Source: Setoptus koraiensis | Taxonomy: Eukaryota > Animalia > Arthropoda | Reading direction: 5' to 3' | Length of the DNA stretch: 64,000 bases | Assembly (NCBI GenBank): GCA_048013815.1 | Contig: CM106586.1 | Span: 2,790,001-2,854,000 of the forward strand | Shown: in pieces, positions 13,546 through 26,743 of the stretch | Layout: each line of letters opens with the position of its first letter | Numbering within the stretch: position 1 is the stretch's first letter | The notes under the pieces: generated by a model | Told to the model about the DNA's origin: nothing | What the model saw: the letters and a program-made list of their open reading frames with translations, nothing else | The model's database searches: none | Made by a program: the position numbers and the translations under genes

Positions 13546-16500
13546 TAAGCGAGACGAGCGCATTTGCAAATCGCCGGCAAACGCTGCCGAACGCTGCCAG
13601 CAACAACAGACATTATTATCTGTTTGTTGTTGTTTATGGCGCGGCCCTGCAGCGACAAGTGGCCACCATGCAACCACCATTGCACTACATTGTTGTTGCC
13701 AGCAACAACAACCTGTTGGCTCCGCGAGTGGCGGCCATGATCTTGTTGTTGTGGGCTGCGAGCCGCTTCGCAGTTGCGCAAACAAACGGCGGCGAGCAGA
13801 TGGCACTGCCGGCGTGCCGGGCGTTGCGGGCCGGCCCACCGGTCGCCGCGACACACACGAATCCAGTTTCGAGACACCGCCGACGCCAACAACAACCAAA
13901 GCGACGGCGGCAACAACAAGCGAGATCGGGCAACAGGGATGCTCGCTCCGGCCGGCGCGACAAGCCTCGGCAGCCCGACAGCCCGGCCGGCCGCTCGTCG
14001 AGCCGCGGCGCGCAGGCCGCATCGAATCGGCCCGCCGAGGCGAGCCGCAGCGAGCCGAGCGTCTGATGCGAGCCGGTTACGTAACTTGTTGCTGGCTGCC
14101 GGGCCAACAGCAACTAACTGCGCCAATCTGCAGTTAACGAGCGCCGTTTCGGTGCGGCAGCGGCCGAGCCGGCCATTGTGCCTGCCCCCATGACACAATC
14201 TGCGTGTGTCATGCGGCCGATAGGGGGCATTGGAGCGACAGAGTTTAACTGGCAGTTTAACTGATTGTTGGCGGACTCTGCCAACAATCAGCCAATTCGC
14301 AGCACTGGATATTTAGCGACTCGGGCGATTCCTTAGCGAACTCACCTGACTCACACCGAACAGCGACCGAGTGAGACACACACACACGCACACTGTGTGT
14401 GTGTGTCTTTCCTTGTTGGTCGTATGCCGTGCCGTGTACAGCACCACTGTGAGCTGTACAGGTGAGCCGGGTACCTGTGAACAGCTGATCGGCGAGTCGC
14501 AAGTTGTTTCTCGCTTTCTTGGCTGGCTGGCTGGCTCGTCTGTGCTGGCCAGGTATGGTTGTGTACCTGTTGCTGTTGGCAACGAACGCCAACGAGCCAG
14601 AGAAGCAGCGAACAAGCGAACGTACGCCTGCCAAAGCGACCAAGGTTCGAAAGCGGCCGCTGCAAGTCGCAGCGTTCGAACGCTCGAACGCTCGAACGCT
14701 CGAACCTTCGAATGGTCGAACGCTCGAACTTCGAACGAACGAGAGATAAGGAAGAGAGAATCGTGGATCAGTTTTAAGTTGAACTCGCTACCATCAACTT
14801 CGTGTGACTATCATGTGTGTGTATGTGTGTGCAAACAAGACCAACGAAGAAGCTTCTAAAATAAGTGTCCAGCGCACAATTCTTCGGCCTGTTGAGTCGC
14901 CGTCGCCGTTGTCATTATCATTTGTTCTGTCTACAATATTCAAATTATCAGATGCATGATTATCAAAAGCCAAGTGCACAAACACACCAGTCGACAACTT
15001 GGCAACATGCGGCCATCATAGCAGCGCTAGCACCAAGCCATAGGGCACAAAACAATCGACAATCAACAGCAGCAACAAATTTCGACAAAATCGCATCGTT
15101 TTATTTAAATGCAGTTTTGTCAGCGTGTGTCTCGCAATTGTCGTCCCAGTTGCTGACGAGTTGGCCGGCGAGCCGCATCGCACAAGTGAAATGCGCCACA
15201 GCGAACTGATCGCCACTGCAAACCATCCAAACTAGAAGAAACAGTCGCCGAAGAAACAGTCGAAATCTAAATCGAAGAAATTTTCATCAAAGAAATCTGA
15301 ATCGAAGAAATCTGAATCGAAGAAAGCCGTCGACCGTGAGCGAAGATCCCCAACAGCGAGGTCGTGCGAATGCGCAAAAATCCCGACCAGCTGACAGAAG
15401 AGGCCCAAAGAAGTGGCCATGCCCAAGAAGAAAAAGAAGAGGCCCTCGCGACCAGTCACAGATATTACATAATTGATAGTGCACAGTTATCGAGTGTTTA
15501 CAAATAATCCAGCACTTGGCAAATACTTGAGCGCTCTGCAAATAATGCACACACGCCAACGAGAAGCAACAAACAAACGAATCAAGAGCACATCTAATAC
15601 ATCTAATACAGCTAATATCCGATAGATACACCGAGATCAAGACGACACAGCACAGGTGAGTCACATGCGTGTTGGGCAACAACTCGTTGCTCACACATTA
15701 TTTTTGGCTTTTTGGCAGCGCCAACACTAGTATTAGGCAACTTGTAACTTGCCATCAGGCCGACTTGTGTTTACTTGCAGACAGTGCAGAGTGGAGTGGA
15801 ATTATCCAGTTTAGTGACTATTTCATTAGTGGAGTGGTCAGAGCGAGCGACAGACAGAAAAAGGCAGTAAAAAAGCAGCAAAAGGCAGCCAAGATAGGCC
15901 AGAAAGCGCCAATGCAGTTGTATGGCAATGCAGTATGGCCGGCCAATCAGATATGTCATCTTGATGCGACTATTGACTTATGATGCGGCCATAAATGATG
16001 ATGAATTGAATTTATTTCATCAATTATTATTCGTTCTTCAGATAACTTCAGCAAGTAGATTATTATTAACATACGACCGAGTGATATTATCCTATTACAA
16101 CGCCGCTGCCGAGTTGCATAATACACACATGCGTTGATGCCGCGCTGGCCACCATAGGCTGGCCTGGCCAGTGTTTGCGCCGAGCACAAGTGTCGAGCTC
16201 GACACACCGAGCTAGCCAATGCCGAGCCAATGCAGCCAGATAAGCCGGTGTCATGGCGGTGGCCATCATCGGCAATTGCAGATTGAACGGCGTCAGCGGT
16301 AGCTGATAATGATGACTATTTCCATACTTGGCTCGCCTGTGTGTGTGCCCTTTGCGATTTGCCAGTTTTGCAAATCTTTGCAAATCGCCAACTCTGCCAA
16401 CAACTGCTGCTCGGAGCCTGAATAGCGAGATAATAAGAAGAAGCTTCTTTATTCGCTTCGGCTCGCTTCTTGCGCTTCCACATCCAGCAACAACAGCGGC

Positions 16501-19500
16501 AGCAACGACAGCGCCAACAACGACAGCGGCAACAACGGCGCCAACAACAGCAACAACAGCCGGACACAGACCGACAACAACGCCGACGGAATCGTGTCGA
16601 ATTGAGGCGCTAAGCCGTCGTCGGCGATCAGCTCGCCCGTCGATAACGCCGACAGACAGCTGTGTGTTACGTCACGTAACCATTGGCCATTGGCCTGCAA
16701 CTGCAGAGATTTTGTTGGGCAAAAATTGTTTGCAAATATTTGCAAATATTTCCCCTGTTGTAAGGCTGCGTAAGATATTTCGCGAGCCAGACCAACCAGC
16801 CTGAATGCACCATTAGCGTCGATTGTCGATTGCATCATTTGGCGCCGCTCTATACTGCCGTTTAAACGTTGGCTGCATACCAAATAATTATAATAATTTC
16901 ATGCTATGGGCTCAACTCCATGCCATAGGCTCGGCTGTGCAGTATGGCCACGAATCGAGCTCGTGACAAGTGCGACGACAAGTGCAACATTTACAACAAT
17001 TTGTCGCCGCAAACCCGTGAGACACAACGCGCCAATAGTGATCAGGCAACCATAATTAATATATCCAATATCAACTTGATATTATCAAGTGGAGAATGCG
17101 ACACCGTCCGCGACACAGTTTAACTATTAACTATGAAAGTTATTAATATCTCAATGTGTATTATCGAGATATTCACGCGTGGATATCGCCATGATACTTG
17201 TGTCATCGCGATACTTGTGTCATTGAGCTGTTTTGCGAGCGTATTGTCGCTGCTTCCAGGAAATCGCTTGACAAACAAATGGTAACGGCCAAATAGACAA
17301 ACACGGCCCGCTATAATAACTCAAGATTTATAATAAGTCGTAAATAACTCGAGATGAATGCATGAGATATGAGCCCGCCATGGAGTATCCGCCATGTATC
17401 TGTTTGCCGTCTGCTGCTCACTGAATTATCCGCTGAAATTTCTGCCGTCTACAATTTCATCCGTCTGATCTGGCTCGTTGTTTGTTGCGACAAGCAACCA
17501 AAAAACACCAAACACCAACAGATACAAAAAACATAAAATGTTTCTTATACTTATAATGTATAAACTTATAGTGCAGCCAAAATTAACAACATCATCATCA
17601 TCAAATTTGCGTTCAGTTAGATAGCATTTCGGCTCGATTTTGCTCGGCTCTCTCTCTCTCTTGCTATCACACTACGACCAATACCATAAATAACAAAAAT
17701 AACAGAGCATAACTTGCACTTGTTGCCTGTGAACGTCGATTCGCTAAAAAGAAATACATTGTTGCAGTTGGCATGTTGAGGAAGTGACACTCACAACAAT
17801 ATTCACCAGTGATTCATAATGATGATGATACAGTTAGATTTATCGCCTTATCTGACAAGCCTTATCACTTGCGATATTCACTTGTGAATGGCGCTCACAT
17901 TTGCATTCACACTCGGAAACAATGAACACTTGCGAACAATGTGACAATGTGTAAACCAACGCGACCGTGTGTGAATACTATAGTATAAACAATCAATGTT
18001 TGCCAAGTTCATTCGTTTGGTGATAGTTAAATTGGTTGGGTGGCCAAACAATGCTGAATGCGCTCGACAGTGTCAAGTTGACAGTGTCAGTTATGGCGAG
18101 TTTGGCATGCCGTTCACTTTTGATTATAATTACGACTCTTTGGTCTTGTAATGCCGTAATTCATTAGATTAACAAGTGGCATTTGTGACGTCGATTTGCA
18201 TACAAACCGTGACGGCACGCTTGCTGTGATTGTTGTTTGCTGACGTCTCTATTAGCTGCTCACGAGTTGTGTGTGTGATTCGCAGGGAGTGATTCACTCA
18301 ACCTTCGGCCACTTTTTTTTTGCCAGCTTTTCCCGTTTACCTGGCCGCTCGGGTGAGCTCACCTGAGCTCAGGTGAACGGCGCTGGTTGAACGCACCGAT
18401 CAGTGTTAGCGGTTTCGATGGCAATTCAATGGCGATCACACCCATGGAATGGGACTATATCAGTATTTATCGACGCCACCCAATAACTCACAATATCTGC
18501 CTGCCCGTCTGTTGACTGGCAAGTCAGATATGCAGATAGGCAAATATGCAGATATGCAGTTGAGCAGATATGCAGAAACGGGCCACTATGCAGATCAGCC
18601 AGCTAAAACAACAAGTGCAACTGCTTTGCATAATAACGGCGGCTCAGATCGAAAACAATACGGCCATACGAGCCGCTTGGGCCCATCCCGTGCCTTTGTG
18701 GGTGCGTCTGGCGCGGTCGCCTTGCCAGCCAATCTCAGGTAACTCTCTTGTGAGAGTGTCAGGTCAGTGATTCGTTTGTGCCGAGTGGCTCGTTGCCAGT
18801 GACGGGTCCCATTGTAAGCAGCTATCACAGAGCCAGCATAATGAGCACAACGAGAACAACGAGAAACAGGTGAAGTGGCGCTCGCAACGGCACGCATTTC
18901 ATCGATTCGGTATCGATTTACGGTGCGCTGTAAACGAGCGATGTCATTGAATCGATGGCAATCGAGCCAACTGTTGCCATTGATTACCACTGGCAACAGA
19001 GCAGTCGTCATAAGTCACCCACGTTGGCGGGATTGCGCAACAACTCGCTGCTCACGTGTGGCAGCGCAACGAGCAAGCTCTCTATGTCCTCTGTGCTAAA
19101 CAGGCCGTAGTGTGGTCACCACAATCTGGCGTTACTGGCACGTTGCTCGCTGGTCACTAGTGGTCAGTAGTGAGCTGTTTGTGCGCGTTTGCTCGCCTTT
19201 GTGCGACTCGCCAGCTGACACATCGTTGACGGTTGGTGTCTGTTGACGAGTGAGTGACACACATCACAGACAGATAAGTGAAGAGTAACGGTCGCAGAGC
19301 GTGTCGATTGAATTGAATCGAATGGTCGGATGGGTTTGACGGGATGGGCCAACGTGACGACCAATCGCCGTCGATTGTTTGTCCTTCGCCGGGCGATTGT
19401 CAGCGCTTTCGATGGTTGTCACAAGCGGCTGTTGTGAGCATTTCGACAACTCGCTCGAACAGACAACAACAAACAATGTTGTCAGAGCAAATTTGATCGA

Positions 19501-19957
19501 TCAAATTTTAATTTTATTTCATCTTCTGTCACACAAGTTTTGTGTGTACGATCCGTTGCAAATCGAGTCAAGTGCATGTTTGTTGTAGCGCAAAGCTCAT
19601 GTCACTGTTCAACAGTGACTGTTCAACAGTGACTGTTGTTCACTCATCTGTGCCGGCCAGTTGTGTTGTGGGGCACGCGAATTTCGCATCGCGCGCGCGC
19701 ACATCAGACACACAATTGTTACAGTTGTGCGTGTGACATGGCACTTGTGCGGCACATGAATACCGGCATGTCGTGTACCGATTGCAGTGCAATGATTACA
19801 CGGTGCACGTAAGTTGAGCTAGTTGGTGACTAACCGATGACACAGATCGCAGCTAGAAACAAAAGTCTGACAACTATCAACAAACAATTGAAAGTTTCAA
19901 TTTAAAACAAGCAAGCGAAGCGAAAGTTATGCAACCTGTACACGCTGTTGCTTTGGG

Positions 19958-19988
19958 TGTTGTCGTTGTTGTCGCTGTCGTCGCCGTC

Positions 19989-20048
<60 letters not shown>

Positions 20049-20052
20049 GCTG
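19958..20052. repeat. (GTT/GTC)n microsatellite
   Basis: Directly visible. Confidence 0.96.
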
Positions 20053-20738
20053 CTCCTGCTGGAGGAATGCGCACAATCACCGTGACAGCTCGACAAGTGC
20101 AGTAAACAACAGCGACGACTGATCTCTTTATTATAGATTGGTGGCTGTCTTAGTCATTAGTCATGACAATTGTCATACTGTCAGTCAGTGTTAGTCATAC
20201 AAGTAAGTCGCTCGTTATACTTTGTGTCACCATGATGCAATGCAATAATGCCGTCGATTGATGGCTTGCTATGCTTCAATTGACTGACTTGCCATTTTGG
20301 CGAGCGCGGGCATCACTTGGTGACATCACTGCCACCGACACACACCAACCAGCAACCTGTTGTGCCGCCTGTGGCCAACTGTTGCATTAAGCTAGCTCAC
20401 AATTATCAGCCAGCGACATTTGCCGGCATTTCCGAATGCGGGCAAATGCCCCAACAGAGCAAACAGCGAGTGAGAGAGAGAGAGAGATTAGTGGTGAAAC
20501 AGATTTCACCCCAAATAATGTCAAGAGAGCGAGCTTAATTGAGATTGGATAACTATTGCCATAATGACTTTCGATCGCACTAGTCGCGCACAACAAAACA
20601 CCAAACCAAATAAGATAAAAGCTAACAACAATCTCTCTATCTGCTTTTACAGCGTCGTCACCGGCAGCTATCAGAATAGCTGCTTTATCGTCATATCGCA
20701 CATCATCCTGCTACTAGCAGCACAATCATCAGCATTAT

Positions 20739-20834
20739 AATCAGCATCATCATTGTCGCAATCAGCGTCATCGTCGTCACAATCAGCATCATCGTCGTCA
20801 CAATAAGCATCATCGTCGTCATAATGAGCATCAT
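20739..20834. repeat. 21-bp minisatellite x4.5 (AATCAGCATCATCGTCGTCAC)
   Basis: Units start at 20739, 20760, 20781, 20802 and 20823 (partial). Confidence 0.9.
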
Positions 20835-21031
20835 GAGAATGAGGCAAACATAATTGTAAATGTTTGTTTATCTGTGCAGTCAACTAGCACCACTATTGCA
20901 GCTAGCTAGACAGCGCCAGCGACACAACAGCAACCAAGAAGCCACTAGATGAAAAATGTTTAATCGTCGAGTCGTTAAGCAGATATACGTTCAGATATAC
21001 GTTCAGTAGAGTTTTTTCACGAGACAGTCTG

Positions 21032-23818
21032 ATGATAACAGACAGAACAAAGCGTCAGCTGATGCAGCCAGCCAGCGAGAGGGACGCCAATGGTGTGTCG
21101 ACGATGCACCGAGCCAGCACAAACAAAATCGCGACTACATCACCGACACCGGCAACAGCAACAACAGCAACGGCAACAACTACAGCAAATCACATCGGCA
21201 ATAAATTAGCAAGGGCCAGTTGCAGGGGAAAACTAGCTACAGCTGATGCATTTTTCGAAGAACCAGCACAATCAAAAGAAGAAGAAGAAGAAGAAGAGCG
21301 ACATGACGGGGATAGCAACAACAATTGCCGAGAGCAACAACGAGATTATTCAGTTTCGCGTGGCGCAGCTTTAAAGCACAATCACAGTCTCAGCAACAAC
21401 AGCAACAACAACAACAACAACATCATCGGTCATCAATTAATTGCGTCATCAAGTGATCGATTGGCGAGCCATCGGCAACTGGCAGCCACAACGAGTGATA
21501 ACCTTCGCAGCGGCACCGGTGGGCAGGTGTCAAACAACGGGCACAGAACAGCAATAGGCAACAACGGCGCGCCAGTGGACAATGCCAATGGTTTCACAGC
21601 AAACAATTGCAACCACATCACAGCAGCAACAACAGCAACAACAACAGCAGCAACACCAACAGCATCGACAACAACAGACAACGCAACAGGTCAAATCGTC
21701 GATGATGATGCAACAGCAATTGTAATTAGTAAAAATAGCACTGTCTCAGAACAACAACAACAACAACAAACAGGGCAACAACAGGATGACGCAATAACTA
21801 ATGAGCAAATTATGCCGACGGCGGCGCCGCAACTTTCAATTAGAGATAGAGCGCAATTGATACAGGGCAAGCTGCATCCAAATAGCCAAATTAGTTTGAC
21901 AAAACAAACAACCAAATTTAACAGCGACAGTGACACCAACGTAACTAGCAGCCGAGTGATTAAATCAGTGATTGATAGCGACCAACAACAACAACAACAA
22001 CAGCAACAACACAGACACAACAATAACAGTATCAATATTGCCAATAATCATCGGGGCAACAACGACGCCTTTGTCCAGTCAGTCACTGGCACGTCGTCGC
22101 TGCCACGTGCCAGTGACTGCGGCGAGCCCGACGATGTCAGGCCGCCCACGCCGCCGCCGCGCCATTCCTCGTTGACGTCGACAGCAAGCTCGTCGACCTG
22201 GTCCCTCGATCAACAGCAAGCAAGTGTCAGTTTTGCTGGGCCCGCTTGCCAACAAGCAACAATGCTGAACAATGTTGCTGATGTGGCCAGCGGAAGCCGA
22301 AGTTGCGGCTACGGTTCGAAGGCGCCCGCGCAACAGGTAAGCAGCGGCGAGCTCGAGCATCACAGGCCGGCCTCGTCGGCAGATTGTGCGGCAATGGGCG
22401 CCAACTCGTTGCACGGGTTTCAGCCGGCCCGACAACAACCACTATGTGCCAACAACTACCCCCATCACAACCATCAGCAACAACAGCAACAACAACAGCA
22501 ACAGCAGCAACAACAACAGCAACAACAGCATTTTTTGCCGAGACAGGCGCAGAGAAAACTGTTGCAACTGAACCAAGGATCTCAGCTAGCGGCCAATTGT
22601 TCGCCATTTTCCATTGACCAATTTTCAATGCATCACGCCAACTTGCAGCACCAGCAACAGCGGCAGCCCCACATGTTGCCCAGTCACATGTTGTTGTTGC
22701 ACAACCAAAATCACAAGCGCCAAGACCTGGACAACAGCGACAGTTTAATAGCGGCAAACCAAATAATGGCGGCACAGCAAGATTGTTCCTCGTTGTCTTA
22801 TCTAATCAGCTCGCAAGCGGCAGCAATGCAACAGCAACAACAACAGCGGCCAGACAAGACAATCGGCGCCACAACAACAACAACAACAACCACCGCCACG
22901 GCTGATGCGGCATCGCTTGCACCAGCAACCACAACAGTTGCGACAGCGACAGGTGAACTGGCGCAACTGATGCAGCGCAGCAGTTCCTCTGGTCAGCACA
23001 CTGCGTCACTGTCGTCGGCGGCGTCGGCGTCGTCGTTGTTGGCGTCGTCGTCGCTGGCCAACGCGATACCAACGACAACAACAACGGCAACAACAACAAG
23101 CGTGCCTGCGCCGGGCAATACGGGCAACGTTAACGGTCAGCAACACCAGCCACAACAACAGAGCCACAGGTCATCAACCTTGGCTTTTAATCCCTCAGTG
23201 ATAAGTAATAACGTTCTTCACAAGTCCGTTGCGTCACAGCCGCCGCCGTTGCAGCAGCATCATGTTGCGCAATCTCCTATTTTCGATCATCAGCAACAGC
23301 ATTATAAACGAGATGCCGCATTGGTCGCGCACGCAATGACCAACAACAACAACAGCAACAGCAACCTGCCAAGACAGCAACAACAACGAGCTGAGAATGA
23401 CGACATGACATCGACGGCGCAACCACAAGAAAACTTAAAACTAAATCCAGCAACAGCCGATGTAATTACATCATCAAATAATGCAATTACTGCATCGACT
23501 TCGATTCAGCAGCGGCAGCCCCACATGGCAGCGGCCAGTTCAGGAAACAATAATAATACTAGCAAGATTGCTTGCCATGCCAACAGCAACAGCAACAACA
23601 ACGACAACAACAGCAATGGCAATGGCAATAGTAATGTGTGTTCTAATTCTAGATTAATTGCCCGTCATCATCAAGCTCAATTATTGTCTTCGGCGTCGTC
23701 GTCGTCGTCGTTGTCCAACTCGACGACCAATCGCGCCGCATCGTCGATGCAGCTCAACTTGGCAAGCTCGCCCGCAGCCGGCCCAGCGTTGCTTGCCGCC
23801 ATCACCAATGGCAACAGC

Positions 23819-23861
<43 letters not shown>

Positions 23862-25726
23862 TTAACGGCAATAATAATAATGGTAATGACGTTATTAATG
23901 GTAATCTAAGTTGCGCAACAATGCTAAGTGCCAGTGGCCTTAATCGACAACAACAGTCGCCACTAATTAGCGGTCATCATCAAATGACGACGCAGACGTC
24001 GTTGCATCATCAGCAAATGCAGCCGTTTATTAATCATCATAAGCATGCCACAACTAATGGTGTTGCCGGCACTGCAAATAAATTAAACATGATGAGTCAA
24101 TCCGCGTCCACGCTAATTAATTTGCATCACCACCAGCAACAACAACAACAGCAACAACTGCAGCAGCAGCAGCAACAACAGCAACAACAGCAACTGCAAC
24201 TACAACAACAGCAACAACAGCGTCTTCAGCGTCACCCCTTGCAGTACCAGCAGCAACATACTCATTTAATTAGCCAACAGCAACATCATCAATCTAGTCA
24301 TCTCTTTGGGCGCCCTAATCTCGGTGCTAATCACCAGGCGGCGGCGGCAGCGGCAACAAGTGTACGCAACCAACAGCAACAACAACAACAACATCGCCAG
24401 TATCAACAGACCATGATGCAACAGCATGCTGTCTCGCCAAATGTTGTTGCTGCCGGTGCATCAAGTGACGCCATTAGAGCCATCAATCAGCCTGTGGTCA
24501 GTTTGCATCAGAGGCACCTGTATGAGCAGCAGCAACAACAGCAGCAACAACAGCAATTGAGCCAAAAACAAAAGCAGCTAATGATGCAATCGCGGGCCCT
24601 TCCACCTAAGCCTGGCAGCGCCGCATTCGCTGCGTCACGAAGATCGCCGCCGGCCCGGCCAATACCCATATCACGGCCCGTGTCGGCAATACCGGCGGCC
24701 GGTGCAGCTACGAGCCTGTGCCAAGCACGTCAACAACAGCATCAACTACAACAACAACAACATCACGAGCAGCAAATGGCGAGCGTTCAAGCGGGCGGCT
24801 TGCGTCATCAGTATCCGGCAACAGCGACTAATCAGGTTAGCCCTAGAACAACAAGCGGCCAAAATGCAGCAACAACAACAACAACAGCAACACAATCGCC
24901 AAATATGATAATGAACAACAACAGCGCACCTCTAACTAACTGTGCATCGGATGCCAATCATCAATCAACAGCGATTAGGCAACCGCTGCCGCTGAGTAGC
25001 AGCGGTAACAACAGTCAGCCAGCAATTCATGATCATCATTGCGTTGCGTCATCGTCGCCGTTAACGGTCAAGGCATCAACTTATGCTAATGAGATGGGCG
25101 AAGCGCCCAAATCAAGTCATAGCGGCAACAGCGCCCAAGCCAATAGCGGCTCAAATGGTCTCTCAAATCACACAGACCATTTCTTGGCGAGCGCTTGTTC
25201 GCGGCCTCGAAGCCTAGTGATGATGTCTAATGCTCAACAAATGGACAATTATGAGCTCTTTTTGAGCGCCGATCTCCGTTTGGCCCAATTAGCCAAACAG
25301 CAGCACCAGCAACAGCAATACTCTCATTCGTTGGATTACGCCAGCGGCGATCTAGCTCGCGCTTCTTGCGCTTCCGGTTTGAACCCCATGCCGACAGCAA
25401 CCGCAACAACAGCGACGGCGGCACCAGAAAACGATCCGTTGTGTTACAACAGCAACAGCAGCAACAACAACAACAACAGATTAATGAACGGCAACAGTGG
25501 TCATGCATCGTTGGCGCCCGTTGTTAATCGGAAGAGATTTTCGCATTGTTTCACCACAGGATCGCCCGGCGATTCTGCCTTTTCGCCCGTCCAACAACTA
25601 GTGCGCCATTCTAGTCGAGTCAATCCTCGCGCACCCTCATCCAATCGCAGTATCCACGACATCGATGCATCGGATCAGCCGCCGGCGCAGCAGCCAATCA
25701 AGTCACCGCAATCGAGACACCCAAAG
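21032..25726 (+). CDS. Very large low-complexity (Q/N/T/S/H-rich) coding exon, probably an upstream exon of the Shroom gene; 5' boundary uncertain (frame open from 20906)
   Basis: 1585-codon ORF, far longer than any shadow ORF here. Strong donor AAG|GTAAGC at 25726/25727 near its end (phase 0). Proline motifs PPTPPPRHSS and PPKPGS. No folded domain recognised; linkage to Shroom is inferred from strand and phase only. Confidence 0.82.
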
Positions 25727-25732
25727 GTAAGC
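25727..25732 (+). other. 5' splice site (donor) of the large exon
   Basis: AAG|GTAAGC; the frame closes 21 codons later in repeat-derived sequence. Confidence 0.7.
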
Positions 25733-26141
25733 CAAACGTCAGCTAATTATTTCTACTTGTCGATGATCGTCGATGATCGTCGACGATAGATGATCGTCGA
25801 TGATGATGTCCACTGTCAGTGGCTAAAATTATCATTATTCGCGACAGCTTTCTCGCTGCTCGCCAGCCCGTTCGTAATTTATCAAATTCGTCCAATGTTT
25901 CAGCTGTTCGCTCACGAAATTCGCGCGCTGTCTTACCGACAAAACTCGCGTTGTCTCAGAAAATGTCGGACTGTTGATTCGCGTAGAACCAAGTCGATTC
26001 TGTCGATGCTAATCTCTATTCGAATCTCAATTGGAACGGCGCTTCTATGCGCCGTTCCATGCCAATTAGCGGGTAATTAGCGCAATTAGCGCGCGCTAAT
26101 TGGCACGCGCTCGTTACCGCCGCATTGGTGGCGTAAAACTG

Positions 26142-26199
26142 GCATAGATGGCGCAACCTGTCTGTTTTCCTGAAAAGCGACCGCTGCGCCATCTAGCGT
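26142..26199. promoter_or_regulatory. Inverted pair of CTCF-like motifs (TAGATGGCGCA ... TGCGCCATCTA)
   Basis: 11-bp arms at 26145-26155 and 26185-26195. The minus-strand site ACGCTAGATGGCGCA matches the recalled fly CTCF consensus CCGCTAGATGGCGCC at 13/15. Confidence 0.45.
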
Positions 26200-26743
26200 G
26201 GGGCCAGCCCACTCTCATTGGTGGCTGGGTATGTTTGTTGCGCATGTGCATTATGCTGTTGAAGGTGTCTCGCCATGAGCAGACGCACTGGTTAGGGGGC
26301 TTGTAGCTTAGGTATTACGTGAGGGCGAGCGGTTAGCCGAGCAGTATTTGTTTGCTGACACAAGTTTGCTGTCAGTTTCAACTGTCAGTTTCAATTGTCA
26401 GTTTCAAGCAAGAAAAGAGAAGATTGCAAACAAGTTGTGGGCCCATTTTGCGCCCGTTGAACCAACAGAGCGCCTCAAGTTTGTAAAGTTAAGTTTGTTA
26501 ATTAGCAAGTTAATTAATACGTTGTGTTTGTGTCACTGGATAGATATTAATAATCTAGTGCAAAATGGCGCCATAGATAACAGAGAAGCTAATGCGCGAT
26601 TAAAAGTGTCAATATACTTTGCGTCGAATAACAATACCAGCGAGTGACAGTTTCAACAGCGAGATGCTGTCATATTTGCTGATAGTTTTCGGTTGCGGCT
26701 GGTGCTTCTGTTGGCTGCTCTTTTTGAATTATACCTCAAACAG

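Noticed and set aside
9922-14198. ORFs of 200-270 aa (9922-10713, 10950-11762, 13357-14022, 13545-14198)
   Set aside because: Overlapping in several frames, no ATG or non-canonical starts, repeat- or GC-driven, and no recognisable motif; the hydrophobic stretch in 10950-11762 comes from a T-rich tract.
20671-20883. Asp-rich heptad ORF (CDDDDAD)
   Set aside because: Translation of the 21-bp minisatellite, antisense to the host gene.
1-21031. N-terminal PDZ exon of Shroom (vertebrate type, GGAPWGF)
   Set aside because: No PDZ-like translation was found in the ORF track or in the frames I checked by hand; short exons could have been missed.
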